Below are positions 37,186-49,051 of a DNA stretch of 64,000 bases, in pieces. Under the pieces are notes generated by a model, which saw only the letters and a program-made list of their open reading frames with translations, ran no database searches and had not been told where the DNA came from. Each line of letters opens with the position of its first letter. Positions within the stretch are counted from its first letter, which is position 1. The translations under genes and the position numbers were made by a program. The DNA is from Azolla caroliniana. Taxonomy: Eukaryota > Plantae > Polypodiophyta. The DNA lies in NCBI GenBank assembly GCA_043228905.1, contig JBHGNT010000022.1:8308001-8372000 (forward strand), given 5' to 3'.

Positions 37186-40100
37186 ATCCCATCCGGAGGG
37201 ACCAAAATCCTAACAAACTCCCCCTTCACTTCGGCATGGGATGCCTCTTTAGTCCGATCCGCTTCCGGCATGCATTCAACTTGTCGGGTGTAAGCACCTT
37301 GGTGAGCATATCCGACCCGTTCTCCTCCGTGTGGATCTTCGTCTGCATGAACTCTCGATCTTCTACTCGCTCCCGGATCCAGTGGTACCTCCGCTAGATG
37401 TGCTTCGTCGTGGAATGATACATCACGTTCTTTGCAAGGTGGATGGCACTTTGACTGTCGCAATAGAGCTGGTATTCCTCTTGTCGGATTCCTAGCTCTT
37501 CGATGAAGTCCTTCATCCATAGTATTTCCTTGTCGGCTTCCACAACTGCCATGTACTCCGCCTCTATGGTTGACAACACAACTATCTTTTGCAACCTCGA
37601 CTGCCACGAAACAACTCCCCCTGCATATGTCATAACATATCCCGATGTTGAGCAGCTGGTATCTGCATCAGCCGACATATCTGAATCGATGAAACCGTCA
37701 AGTTGGGGTTTATCGGAGCCGAATCGGAGACACATACTTGAGGTGCCTTTCAAGTACCGGAGTATCCATTTTACTGCATTCCAGTGCTCCTTACCAGGAT
37801 TGCTCATAAACCGGCTCACCACTCCGACTGCGTATTCGATGTCCGGTCGGGTACACACCATTGCGTACATTAAGCTCCCGATGGTAGATGCATATGGTAT
37901 CTTCATCATATCCGCCTTCTCTGCCTTCTTCTTCGGGCTTTGCTTACCAAATAACCTGCAGTTTGCCAGGACTGTCGATCCGACCGATTTCACATCTGAC
38001 ATGTTGAACCGCTGAAGCACCTTTGTCATGTACTTCCCTGTGACAGCCACAATTGCTTCGTTGACCGGTTCCGGATGATATGCATCCCCAGTATCTATCT
38101 TGCCGGACCCAAGTCTTTCATTGAGAAGGTCCGGTTTAGGGCCTTCTTTAGCATCTGTATCTTGACTTGGTCTCGTTCGACGATCAACATGTCGTCCACG
38201 TACAAGAGGAGTATCAGGAAATCTCCACCTTTGAACTTCTTCACAAATACGCAATGATCGGCCGACGTCTTGTGGTACCCTTGATCGGTCATGAAGGAGT
38301 CAAACTTTCGGTGCCATTGCCAGGGAGCCTGCTTCAAACCGTAGAGGCTCTTCTTCAACCGGCAAACTAGGTGGTCCTTCCCTTTCTTCACAAATCCCTC
38401 TGGTTGCTGCATGTAGATCTCCACTTCGAGGTCGTCGTGGAGGAACGCCGTCTTCACGTCTAACTGCTCTACCTCGAGATCCATGCTTGCCGCTATACTC
38501 AACATCGTTTGGATGGAAGTCATCTTTACTATTGGGGCAAATATCTCGTTGAAGTCCATGCCCTTCTTCTGTTGGACTCCTTTCACCAAGATCCTAGCTT
38601 TGTATCTCGGGGGGTTGCCGGCATCTCCTGGTTTCAACTTGTACACCCACTTATTCCGGAGTGCCCTCTTTCCTTTCGACAACTCCACCAATTTGTACGT
38701 GTGGTTCTCATGCAGGGAATCCATCTCGTCCTGCATTGCACTTAACCACTTGCGGCTATGGGTGTCCTCCCTCACTTCTTCGAAGCTTTCTGGCTCCCCC
38801 TCATCGGTTAGAAACACGCGCTGTGCATTCGGAAATATCTGGGAGGCCTTTCTCTCTCTAAGAGGATATCTGCATCTTTGGTTTCCGGCAACCGGCTCCT
38901 CTGTTTGTTCTTCATCACAATCCGATTTGGGGTCTTGGCCGGTTCCGGTTCCGGTTTCAACTTCCTCTTCTTCTTCTACCGGTTCGGTTTCATCTCCATA
39001 ACCGGCCGGTTCTTCGAGTGTCAACCAACTCTTAGCCGGGTAGGTCTATATCTCATCGAATCGATCCTTACCGGTTGACTCGGAGTTCATTATCTTCTTC
39101 TCCGACTCCCAGTCGGCAAGGGTTTTGTCCTCCATGAAGATAATATCTTGACTCCGGAAAACCTTCTTGTCGACCGGATCCTACATTCGGTAGCCGAACT
39201 CATCATTGCCGTATCCGAGGAATATGCAAGGCCGGGCCTTTGGATCCAACATTGCTCTCCGGTCCTTTACAATATGCATGTAAGCGAGACACCTGAAAAC
39301 CTTCAGATGCCGGTAGGACACTTCCTTATTGGTCCACACTCTCTGCGGCGTGTCTCCATCCAAGGGTATTGAGGGTGACCTGTTTATCACATATGTCACT
39401 GTCGACAGCGCCTCAACCCAAAACATCTTGGGTAACTTTGCATGTGCCAACATACTCCGGACCGTCTCCATTATGGTCCGGTTCATCCTCTCGGCCAACC
39501 CATTTAGTTCCGTAGTCTTCGGCACGGTAAATTCGAGCCGGATTCCCTTCGAGCGGCAGTACCCCTCGAACTGCCCCCGGTATTCTCCTCCGTTATCTGC
39601 TCGAACCGCCTTCAACTTCCGACTGGTTTCTCTTTCCACTCTCGCGTGGAGCTCCTTGAAGACGGATAACACTTGATCCTTCGTCTTCAGCGGTGTGGAC
39701 CACAACTTCTGGTTGTGGTCGTCTATGATCGTCACGAAGTACTGCGATCCGGCATGTGACTTCGTGTCCACTTGACACACATCGGTATGCACCAACTCCA
39801 GTGGTGCATTATGTCTCATCTGTGTAGCCTTCATTATCTAGCTGATCGGCTAATATCAGGTTCAATCGAACCTCTGGAATGTGTCGGACATCCTTCAACA
39901 GCAACTTGCATCCGGTTGATGTCGTCAACAACACATCTCCTATGCCAATAATTCAACATGTCCCTTCATTTCCCATCTGGACACAGCCGTGATCACCGAC
40001 TGTGTAGGATGAGAAGCATTTCTGGTCCGGGGTTAGAAGGAATGATGCTCCGGAATCGACAACCCACGTTCTCTCGTCACCGGCAAGGTTCAACCCAATC

Positions 40101-41271
40101 TCCTCGGTGATGAGCATCAACTCCTCTTCACTTGCCGCGATTGTTGTCATTCCCTTCCGGTCTTTACCGTTCCGGTCCGGTGACCGCTTCGAATCGGTAC
40201 TGTCGATTTCCTTATCTTTACGGAAGTGCCGACAGTTCTTCTGGAAGTGCCCCGACTTCCCACAATAGAAGCAAGTGGGCCTTCTCTTTGACTTTGACCG
40301 TGTCCCCGACTTTTCTCGGTTTTGGGGACTCTGGTTCCTTTGTCTTCCGCGTTCCGATTCAGTAAGGAGCACTTTGGAGTCGGAGCTCGTATCCTTGTCT
40401 TTCCGACGCACCTCCTCATCTAGCAAGCTCAACTTGACTCTTGCTAGGGATAGCTGTTTTCCTTCTGGCCCGGCGTTGCCCAAAGTGACAACTAACGTCT
40501 CCCAGCTATTTGGGAGGGAACTGAGCAGGAGTAGAGCAAGTACCTTATAAGCTAGAGGTACTTCCAATGAGGTTTCTTGATGTATCAGCCCCTGGAAGGC
40601 ATTCATGTGCTCCGCCATACTGGACCCATCTTGGTACCGAAGCCGCACTAGCTTCTAGAATACCGAAACCCGATTTACAACATTTTTGTTCTGAAACATA
40701 ATGCCGATCTTCTCCCAGAGTTCATGAGCCTTGCTCTCTTCATTGAAGTTGTTGTATAGGCTCATGTCGATGAAGCACTGTATGTACGCCGTTGTCTTCG
40801 TGTGCATTACCTCCCATATGGTGGCATCAATCTTGTCCGGTCTCTTGTCCCCGAACCCAACCAACAACTAGAGATCTTTAACCACAAGCATGTCCCTCAT
40901 CTTTGACTTCCACACTGAGTAGTTGGAGCCGATGAGCTTGAAGATGCGTCCCAACGAATCTTCCATTTTCTGTATTGTTTCGCTCTGATACTAAATTGAA
41001 GAGAATATGCGGAATAATCTTCGGCCACAACCAAGACTTAGATCACTTCAATGATAATCAAACACAGTAAATAAGAAATGGAAGTAGGTACACAGACAGA
41101 GGAGAAGGCATAGGATGTTAACATGGAAAACCCTAAACGGGAAAACCCATGGGAGTCCCCAAACTCCAACTATCACTATGTAGAGAGGAATACAACAGAT
41201 GAACACAGAGGCAATGACCTCGTGCTCACGATCTTTGCCTAGCGGCAGTTACAACAGAGACACGCTTTGTA

Positions 41272-41302
<31 letters not shown>

Positions 41303-42037
41303 CTCGCTCTATTACACTCTGTACGGTAGTTGCACCAACAACTCTATACAATATAATTACTACACAATGATACACACACTCAAGAGTTTGCCCTAGGTCA
41401 TATTTATACTAATATGACTTTCGGGTTATTTACAAATATAGCCCCAATGGGCTCTCTGGAACATATTTACATATATGTCCCTTCATCCGGTGAGAGGTGT
41501 TGCCGATTAGGAACACGGTCTGCGGTTAGTCCTTCGACCTAGACCTCCAAGTGGGTGTGGAACAACGAATATGCGTCTAACGTAATGCATAGGGGAATGT
41601 TCCCTGTAACCTATCAGCGTATAAGGGAGACGGCTATAACCGAATCCTTAGCAAGGGTTACACTTACGTTCTTACACGCTCAGGTATTCAAGACACACAC
41701 AGTGGATTAGTTGTAGCTATACACAGAACATCAGAGATGATAGAATTCTATTATGAGACGTTTCTTTACATTCCCAAAATTACACGCACTCTCTATCAGA
41801 GGTTTTTTGCCCTTTATATACGCAGGGTCTATCTAGCCATTCACGCTTCCTACATGAATCGTTACATGCGTTATGATCTTATATTATTTCTTATTCCTAC
41901 ACTCTTGTCCGTCGGTTACTATTCCAGCGGACAACACCTGGCACGCCGGTGGGATAGTGCCCTGGCACGTCGGACCCATCCCGTTAATCTTCTTCCAAAA
42001 TGGCCCGGATGTTTGGCTTTGCTGCGGCGTCTGCGTC

Positions 42038-45000
42038 CTAAGGCGACGTAGGGCCCGTAGGTGCATCGTGGTGTGGCTCTCCTGTTTGGTCGGACTGGTC
42101 TCTCCCGGTGTCGTAGTCGTCGTGTGTGGGCGATCCGGGTACAATGGGCTCTTCTTGAGCTAGTGGGTTGAGCTCCACCGTCGTCGTGCTTGCGGTTGGC
42201 CGCAGTTCTGTCTCAATCATTACTTCCTCCGTGGTGTCGGCCGTCTTTGTACGTACCAGGGAGTGGGGCGGCGATTCTGCCTAGCCCGCACTGCTCTCCA
42301 TGTGGTCCGATGATAGCGTGGGTTCGTGTGGATGAACCTCCTCTTGGGCAGTGGTTTCGCTGTCTGGTACTCTGGGGGACTCCGCTCGTCGGTCCGCGCT
42401 GTTCACCGTCGTCGTAATTTCTGGTGATCGGGCCTGAGGTTCCTCGTCTTTGGCCGTGCCCGGAATTGGCGTCGCGCTGGATTCCTCGTTTGTTCGTGTG
42501 TTGTCGGCTTGTGTGATCTGGTGAAATAGCTCCTCCTGGCTTTCACCAAAATCATCTAAGAGTTGCGCGAGTTCTTTGTAGTGTTGGTCCGCTAACGCAC
42601 AATAGTCTTGTGCTAGGTCCTCTCGTACGGCCACAATGCTCTCCTCATTTAGTTTATAGAACCCTCGGCCGTCTTTTCGCCAGTTCTCCCAGTCCGCATG
42701 ATACGCGTGCAATTCCGTTGCTCGGGTTGCCCACGCCATCCATCCTTTGTCTAGCGCCGTTTTCAATTGCGCTGTGAACCTCTCCCGATTTGTTTGGAGA
42801 AGGATATGCACGTTATCTGTGATGGCCTGGCAACGGTTGCGTGCGTCCTCCATCGACTTCTAGAGGTTTGCAATTTCTTGCTGTTTAATCGCCATCGCTT
42901 CTTCGTACGTGGCCTTCAGGCCCGCCCACAGCTGGGCTTCCTTTACATGTTGTTCTTCTAATTTCCCCATTTCATTGTTTTGGTGGATTTCGAGCTGATG
43001 CCTTCTTTCTTGTTCGACCACCAGTGGCTCGTCGAACCATACCTTCTTTTTCTCTAATAAGGCCCGGAGTCCCGCGATTGCCGCCTCCGATTTCTTCGTG
43101 TCCTCCCGTAATTGGGCGTTTTCGTCTTTTGTCCGGATGTGCTGAGCTACCTTCGTAGCGAGTTTCTCTTCAAGGGTTTTTACTGCCTTCCGGCCGTTAG
43201 CCCGTATCTCCTTTTCTCTGTCTGAGGATTGGCGTAGTTCAGCTCGAAGGCGGTCAATTTCTGATTCTGCTAATTGCACAACCCTTTTCACTTTTGAGGC
43301 GATGGCAGTCTGAGCCTCAATTTCTTCCTTTAAAGCGTCGATGGTGTGGTTTGGTGGCAGTGTTGCGTGTTGCGTCGTAGTCGCATTAGCTTCCAACTCC
43401 ACGATGCGTTCGTTGGCTTTTTCCAGTTCGGTTTGGGTCAGTTTCACCTTCTTCCAGACATTCTTATTTTTAATGGCCATCTCCTTGGCGCCCGTGCTGA
43501 CCTTTGCCAGTTCCCTATGGACTTCAACTAGGGCCATATTTAATGGGGCTATCTCCATCCCCACTCGGCGTACCCCAACGTTCCTCTGTCTGCCGACCTT
43601 GGCTAACTGGTCCTCATCGTCGCTCTACGTCGTTTGTGTTAGGGCGCGCTCGATCATTTGGCGTTCCGCGTGCTCTTTGGCCATTCGTTGGGAGGCTTTG
43701 ACCTGTTGTGTTGCTAGGAATTCCATGAGCTCGAAAGAAGTTCCGAACTATAAGAGCGCGTTGAACTCATGGGCCATATCCGGGATATCCGGATATGCCA
43801 AAATCTCGCTTTCCGCCGTGAATACGGCTTTTCCTCGTTGGGACTGGGTTGTAATGATAGGTCGTGGCTCCCGGATGATTTCGAAGGTGGTATTGGGTTC
43901 CGTAGCTGCAGAGCCATCGCCTTCGGTCGATGTCTCTGTCTCCATGGGGACGTCTTTGACCAACCCCCGCCCATCTTTCCTGTCCAATCTACGCCGTTTT
44001 GGTCTGGGGCTATCCTGCCGTGTTTTGGTGTGTGGCTCTAGGGCTGCTTCCACGGAACGTGCCGACTGTTCCTCCTGTGTTATCCGTGTGTCCGGCTAGT
44101 CAGTAGTTGTTGTCCTCGGGTCTGACTGGGCGGGTTGGGGTTCCTCTTCCCACTCTGGGGCCGCTAACTCTGCTAACCTGCATTTCGCGGATCGGGGCGG
44201 GGGCGTGGGTCAGCTGGGTTGCGGGAATAGTACTAAAGCAGAGATGGAATTAGTACTAAGAAGAGCAGTACTATTAGTACTAAGAGGACGGGACTGCGTA
44301 AGATTCCCGAGAGAGGAAGTGAGAAGAGGAGAGAGAGAGAGAAAGATGATGACAACAACTAATATATTATGTGAAAAGATAAGTACAAAGCGGTTGAGAG
44401 GCTTAAGACTGGCGTTGAATCAATTTGGTTCAACATAATGCCTAGTGCCTTCTTTTATAGTGTTGTCTGGAGTAATCCTGAAAATAATATTCTATGAATT
44501 ACAATAGATGGTGTGATGGTTAAGAGCTCGACCCATATACCATAACGTCATGGGTTCGAGTCTTGCCATATCATGATCGCTACACTAGCTCCAACGTCTT
44601 AGTACTACTGAAATGTCTCGCCGTATGGGTGTTGTGACAATGCTGGACGATTTGAAGGCGACAGGAGCAATCGGGGACATATACGCGCTTTTTAAAGAAT
44701 AAGAAACCATCATGATATTCGAATTGTCGGTAGTCAATACCTGGTTGTTGAGACTGAGAACAGGATGCCCGAGAAGTATCAATGTGCGCCAGGATGTCTT
44801 GAGCAAAACTATCCATCTTCAAGTTTGCACGTATGTCATCGGTAATCCGTGAATCCATCGGGGTGTGAAAAATCCGCGTCGTGTGCAATCGTGTTGGTCC
44901 CAAGATTACTTGCTTTTGATTATCAAATGTTGGATCACTAGGACGAGGTGCAAGATATGAACGCCGTGATAGTGCATCTGCTTTTCCTTGTTGCTTCCCC

Positions 45001-48000
45001 GGTCGATATGTGATTTTGAAGTCGAAACGCGTGAGGAATTGCGCCCACCGAGCTTGCCGTCGATTTAGTACGCGAGCGTTCTGGAAATAAGCAAGATTTT
45101 TATGATCACTAAAGACAACAACCTGATGTGAAGAGCCCTCTAAGAAATGCTGCCATTGCACAAATGAATCCACGATGGCTAATAACTCCTTGTCATGTAT
45201 TTCGTAGTTGATTTCCGCAACATCGAATTTGCGCGAATGGAAAGCCATCGGATGCAACTATTCTTTATCTCCTTGTTGAGAAAGGATGCTACCAAGGGCG
45301 AAATCTGAAGCATCGGCCTCCATGATGAATGGTTTGCTAGTATCCACTTGAGCTAGAATCGGTGCTGATGTAAAGGCTTTCTTAAGATGCCAAAAAGCCA
45401 TATCTACTTCAATGGACCAAAGAAATGCTTGGCCCTTCTTCGTAAGTTGTGTGAGGGGTAAGATAATCTTCGAGTAATCCTGTATAAACTTACGGTAGAA
45501 GTTAGCAAAACCTAGAAAACATTGTACATCTCGTACCGATCGTGGAATTTGCCACTCTAGTACAGTTTGGACTTTAGCCGGATCCATGGCGATGCCATTT
45601 GAGGAGATGATGTAGCTTAGAAATTCCACTTGCTTGCAGTCAAAGCTATATTTTTCTAGCTTGGCATAAAGACCATTCTCGCGGAGTCGCTTAGTACTAA
45701 TAGTACATGAGAATCGTGCTCTTGCTGGGTCTTCGAATAAATCAATAGATCATCAAGATAGATGATCAAACAGATATCCAAGAGGTCTCTGAATATATCA
45801 TTTGCCATGTGTTGGAAGACTGCGGGTGCATTGGTTAGGCCGAATGGCATAACAGTATACTCGAAATGCCCATACCGCGTGCGAAAGGCGGTCTTCCATT
45901 CATCTCCCGGTCGGATCCGCACGAGATTATATGCTCCTCGTAGATCAATTTTGGTAAAAAACTTGGCACCATTAACTTGCTCTAAAAGACTTGATATAAG
46001 AGGAAGTGCATACCTATTCCGGTTGGTGACCTTATTCAATCCGCGGTAATCAATGACGAGACGAAGTGAGCCATCTTTCTTCTTGACAAAGAAGATGGGT
46101 GCACCGGCCGGAGATTTCGAATGACGGATGAACCCGCTTGCCAAGTTCTCCTCTATGTAGGCTCGAAGGACTTCTAACTCGGTGGGTGACAAGTTGTAAA
46201 TTGGTCCCCATGGTGGCTCGGTTCCTGGTTGTAAATCGATGGGACAATCATAGGGACGGTGATGAGGAAGGGTACTGGCTTTTACCTTGTCAAATACATC
46301 GGCATAAGGATGATATTTTGTCGGAAGTTGTACTGAGGAGTCATTCTTAATAGTGCTGGAAGGATGTACTAATATTGCAAATAGGAACATTGCCTCCTTG
46401 TGTCCTTCTTCGGGTAATTGATGGAGTGAAATGGTCGATATCGGACTTCTCTTGTTCTCCAATCTATGGCTGGATTATGTAATTCAAACCAAGGTAATCC
46501 TAGGACAATGGGATGCTCTAGACTACTAATTATATTAAATGATATTACACACACAAAACTACCTAGGACAACTTGAATGGGTTCTGATTCTTCTACAATA
46601 TTCCCGGAAGCAATGGGACGACCATCAATGACTACTACTAATGGGCTGTACAGATCTAGGGCTGTTGTCCAACCAAACGGCTCCTATTTTGGTTGGATTC
46701 AATCGTTTAACTCTTCATCTAATTGACTAAGGATTTCAAATTTGTTTGAGATACTTGGGCTATTAGTACTATGAATACTATTTGACACTCTATTAGTACT
46801 ATTAATACTATCAGACACTCCAAAGGGAAGAATTGACTCGGGTTTAGTACATGCGACGATTTGATTTACCTGTCTTCTTGGCCTATGGGGACAATTGATG
46901 GCGATATGCCCTGGTCCACCGCAATAAAGGCATAATCGATTGGCACGTCGTCGTTGCTTTTCTTCTTCCGATAACGGGCCGCGTCGACGCATGGTGTCGA
47001 TCTCCATCGGTGTCGGAATATTGGCTTGAGGTCCATCGCGTGCAAACGGTTTAGCCATGACTGAGGTGTATGTGGGTTCCGGCCGAGAGTGTGGTATTTG
47101 TAACTAACGCTCCGAACGCCGTTCGAAAAGGCGGTTGTCGCATTGGACCGCTCGACTGATTGCCTCCGTAAGAGACTTTGGTTCTTCGGGTAAGGTCAAA
47201 AGCAGATCTTTGACATCATTGCGCAAGCTGTAGCGAAACTGCTCCATGAGGGCCTGATCATCCCAGGGAATATCTGAGGCGAGTAGACAGAAATCCGCCA
47301 CGTAGGCAGAGGTTGGACGATCGCCTTGACGCAATCTTCGGATCTTGTTGATTGCCGTCCTAATGCTGTCAGTATCTCCAAAGCAGGCTTTAAACTCACC
47401 AATAAAATCTTCAAAGTTATTAAGCAAGGGTGATTGTTTTTCTAGAAGCGGAGCGAACCATGCCAAGGCTAAGCCGCTAAGTAACGTGCCTATTAGGCCG
47501 ACTCGAGATGCATAAGTGGGATATCGGGAAGGATGCATCTGGATGACTAAGCGTACATGATTAAGGAATCAAATTTCATCAAATTTCATAGGAAGTCCAA
47601 TCTTGGGCTCTTTATGAAATCCTTGGGGACTTGATCCTTGTTGTTGCAACGCTGCTTCGAGTTATTGTACCCGTAATGCTAACTCCCCATGTTGTTGTTG
47701 CGTTTGTTGTTTTTCGAGAGCGATTTGTTGGAGATCCCCTATCAACCGTTGGTTTTCTTGTTCCAGGACAACAAACTTTTCTTTTAGGCACTGTAACTCG
47801 GAGAAAATAGATTGATATTCTTGGGCGCTAACAGTAGCCATAGTATAGGGAAAAGGGTAGGAGGAGGAGGGAGAACGACAAGTAGGCTGGAGGAAAGGAA
47901 AATTTGGTTCAAACTGTCAAGAATAGTACTAAAGCAGAGATGGAATTAGTACTAAGAAGAGCAGTACTATTAGTACTAAGAGGACGGGACTGCGTAAGAT

Positions 48001-49051
48001 TCCCGAGAGAGGAAGTGAGAAGAGGAGAGAGAGAGAGAAAGATGATGACAACAGCTAATATATTATGTGAAAAGATAAGTACAAAGCGGCTGAGAGGCTT
48101 AAGACTGGCGTTGAACCAATTTGGTTCAACATAATGCCTAGTGCCTTCTTTTATAGTGTTGTCAGGAGTAATCCTGAAACTCCTAGAATGTTCCAGAGAA
48201 ATTTGGAATATACATTACTTTCTTATAATAAAACATAAATGAAAATAATATCCTATGAATTACAATAGATGGTGTGATGGTTAAGAGCTCGACCCATATA
48301 CCATAACGTCATGGGTTCGAGTCTTGCCATATCATGACACCGGCAGACCTCGGGATGGGAATAGGATCGTAAGGTATTGTTGTATGATCGGCTTGAGCTT
48401 TTTGCCTGCTTGATACGCGTGCAGGCCTTCCCTTAACGTCGGTCCAGTGATGACCCCCCAATCGACGACACGCCCTTCAAAGGTATCGATAATGATGCCC
48501 TCCTTCTGCTTGGGCATCGCATATGCGTTGACATGTACGCAACCGACTTCTAGCAGGAACTTGGCGACTTCACGGAAGAAGGGATCCGGAATGTGCTTCG
48601 TTCTATAGGCCTTGGCGGAGGAGGAATATGGCCCGAAATATCGCTGTAGCGCCTCTGCAGGAGGGATTTCGAAATGCCTTTCGCCTAGCGATGACAGGTC
48701 CAACTTCTTCCGGATGGAGGAGTTGGTGACCATATCGATGTTAAGCTTCCTAGCGATGTCCATGGCATCCGGGTGTGGGGGTGCTTCTGCGACCCGGATG
48801 TACCCATCCAAGCGTTTCTCCACGAGCCATCGGCGTAAGGCAGTAGAGATGAAGATCGACATCGCTAGAGGAGGTTCGTGGGAAGGAGACTGGTGGTTGC
48901 GGTGGGCTGAAGCTCTGTGATAGGATGGAGGAGAAGGTGAGGGGGAGGAGCGATGGGAGCGCTGATAGCTAGAAGATGGATTTCTGTTTTGTGCAGAAAA
49001 TCTTCTATTTCCTTCCTTTTGTGGCTTAGGGTTCATTGGGCGGTGAGCCAT
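42038..49051 (-). pseudogene. Extra ORF (about 960 codons, coiled-coil-rich) downstream of pol, split by the level-4 insertion
   Basis: ORFs 43748-44053, 42860-43564, 42281-42853 and 42038-42220 share one frame, separated by single stops. The N-terminal part is 48340-49051. Confidence 0.75.
44225..48339 (-). mobile_element. Nest level 4: Tcn1/Tf1-like Gypsy, integrase core deleted
   Basis: 5' LTR 47915-48339; clipped 3' LTR 44225-44576. Gag (CLYCGGPGHIAINC), RT ([23 protein letters not shown]), RNase H (NYEIHDKELLAI). Confidence 0.93.
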
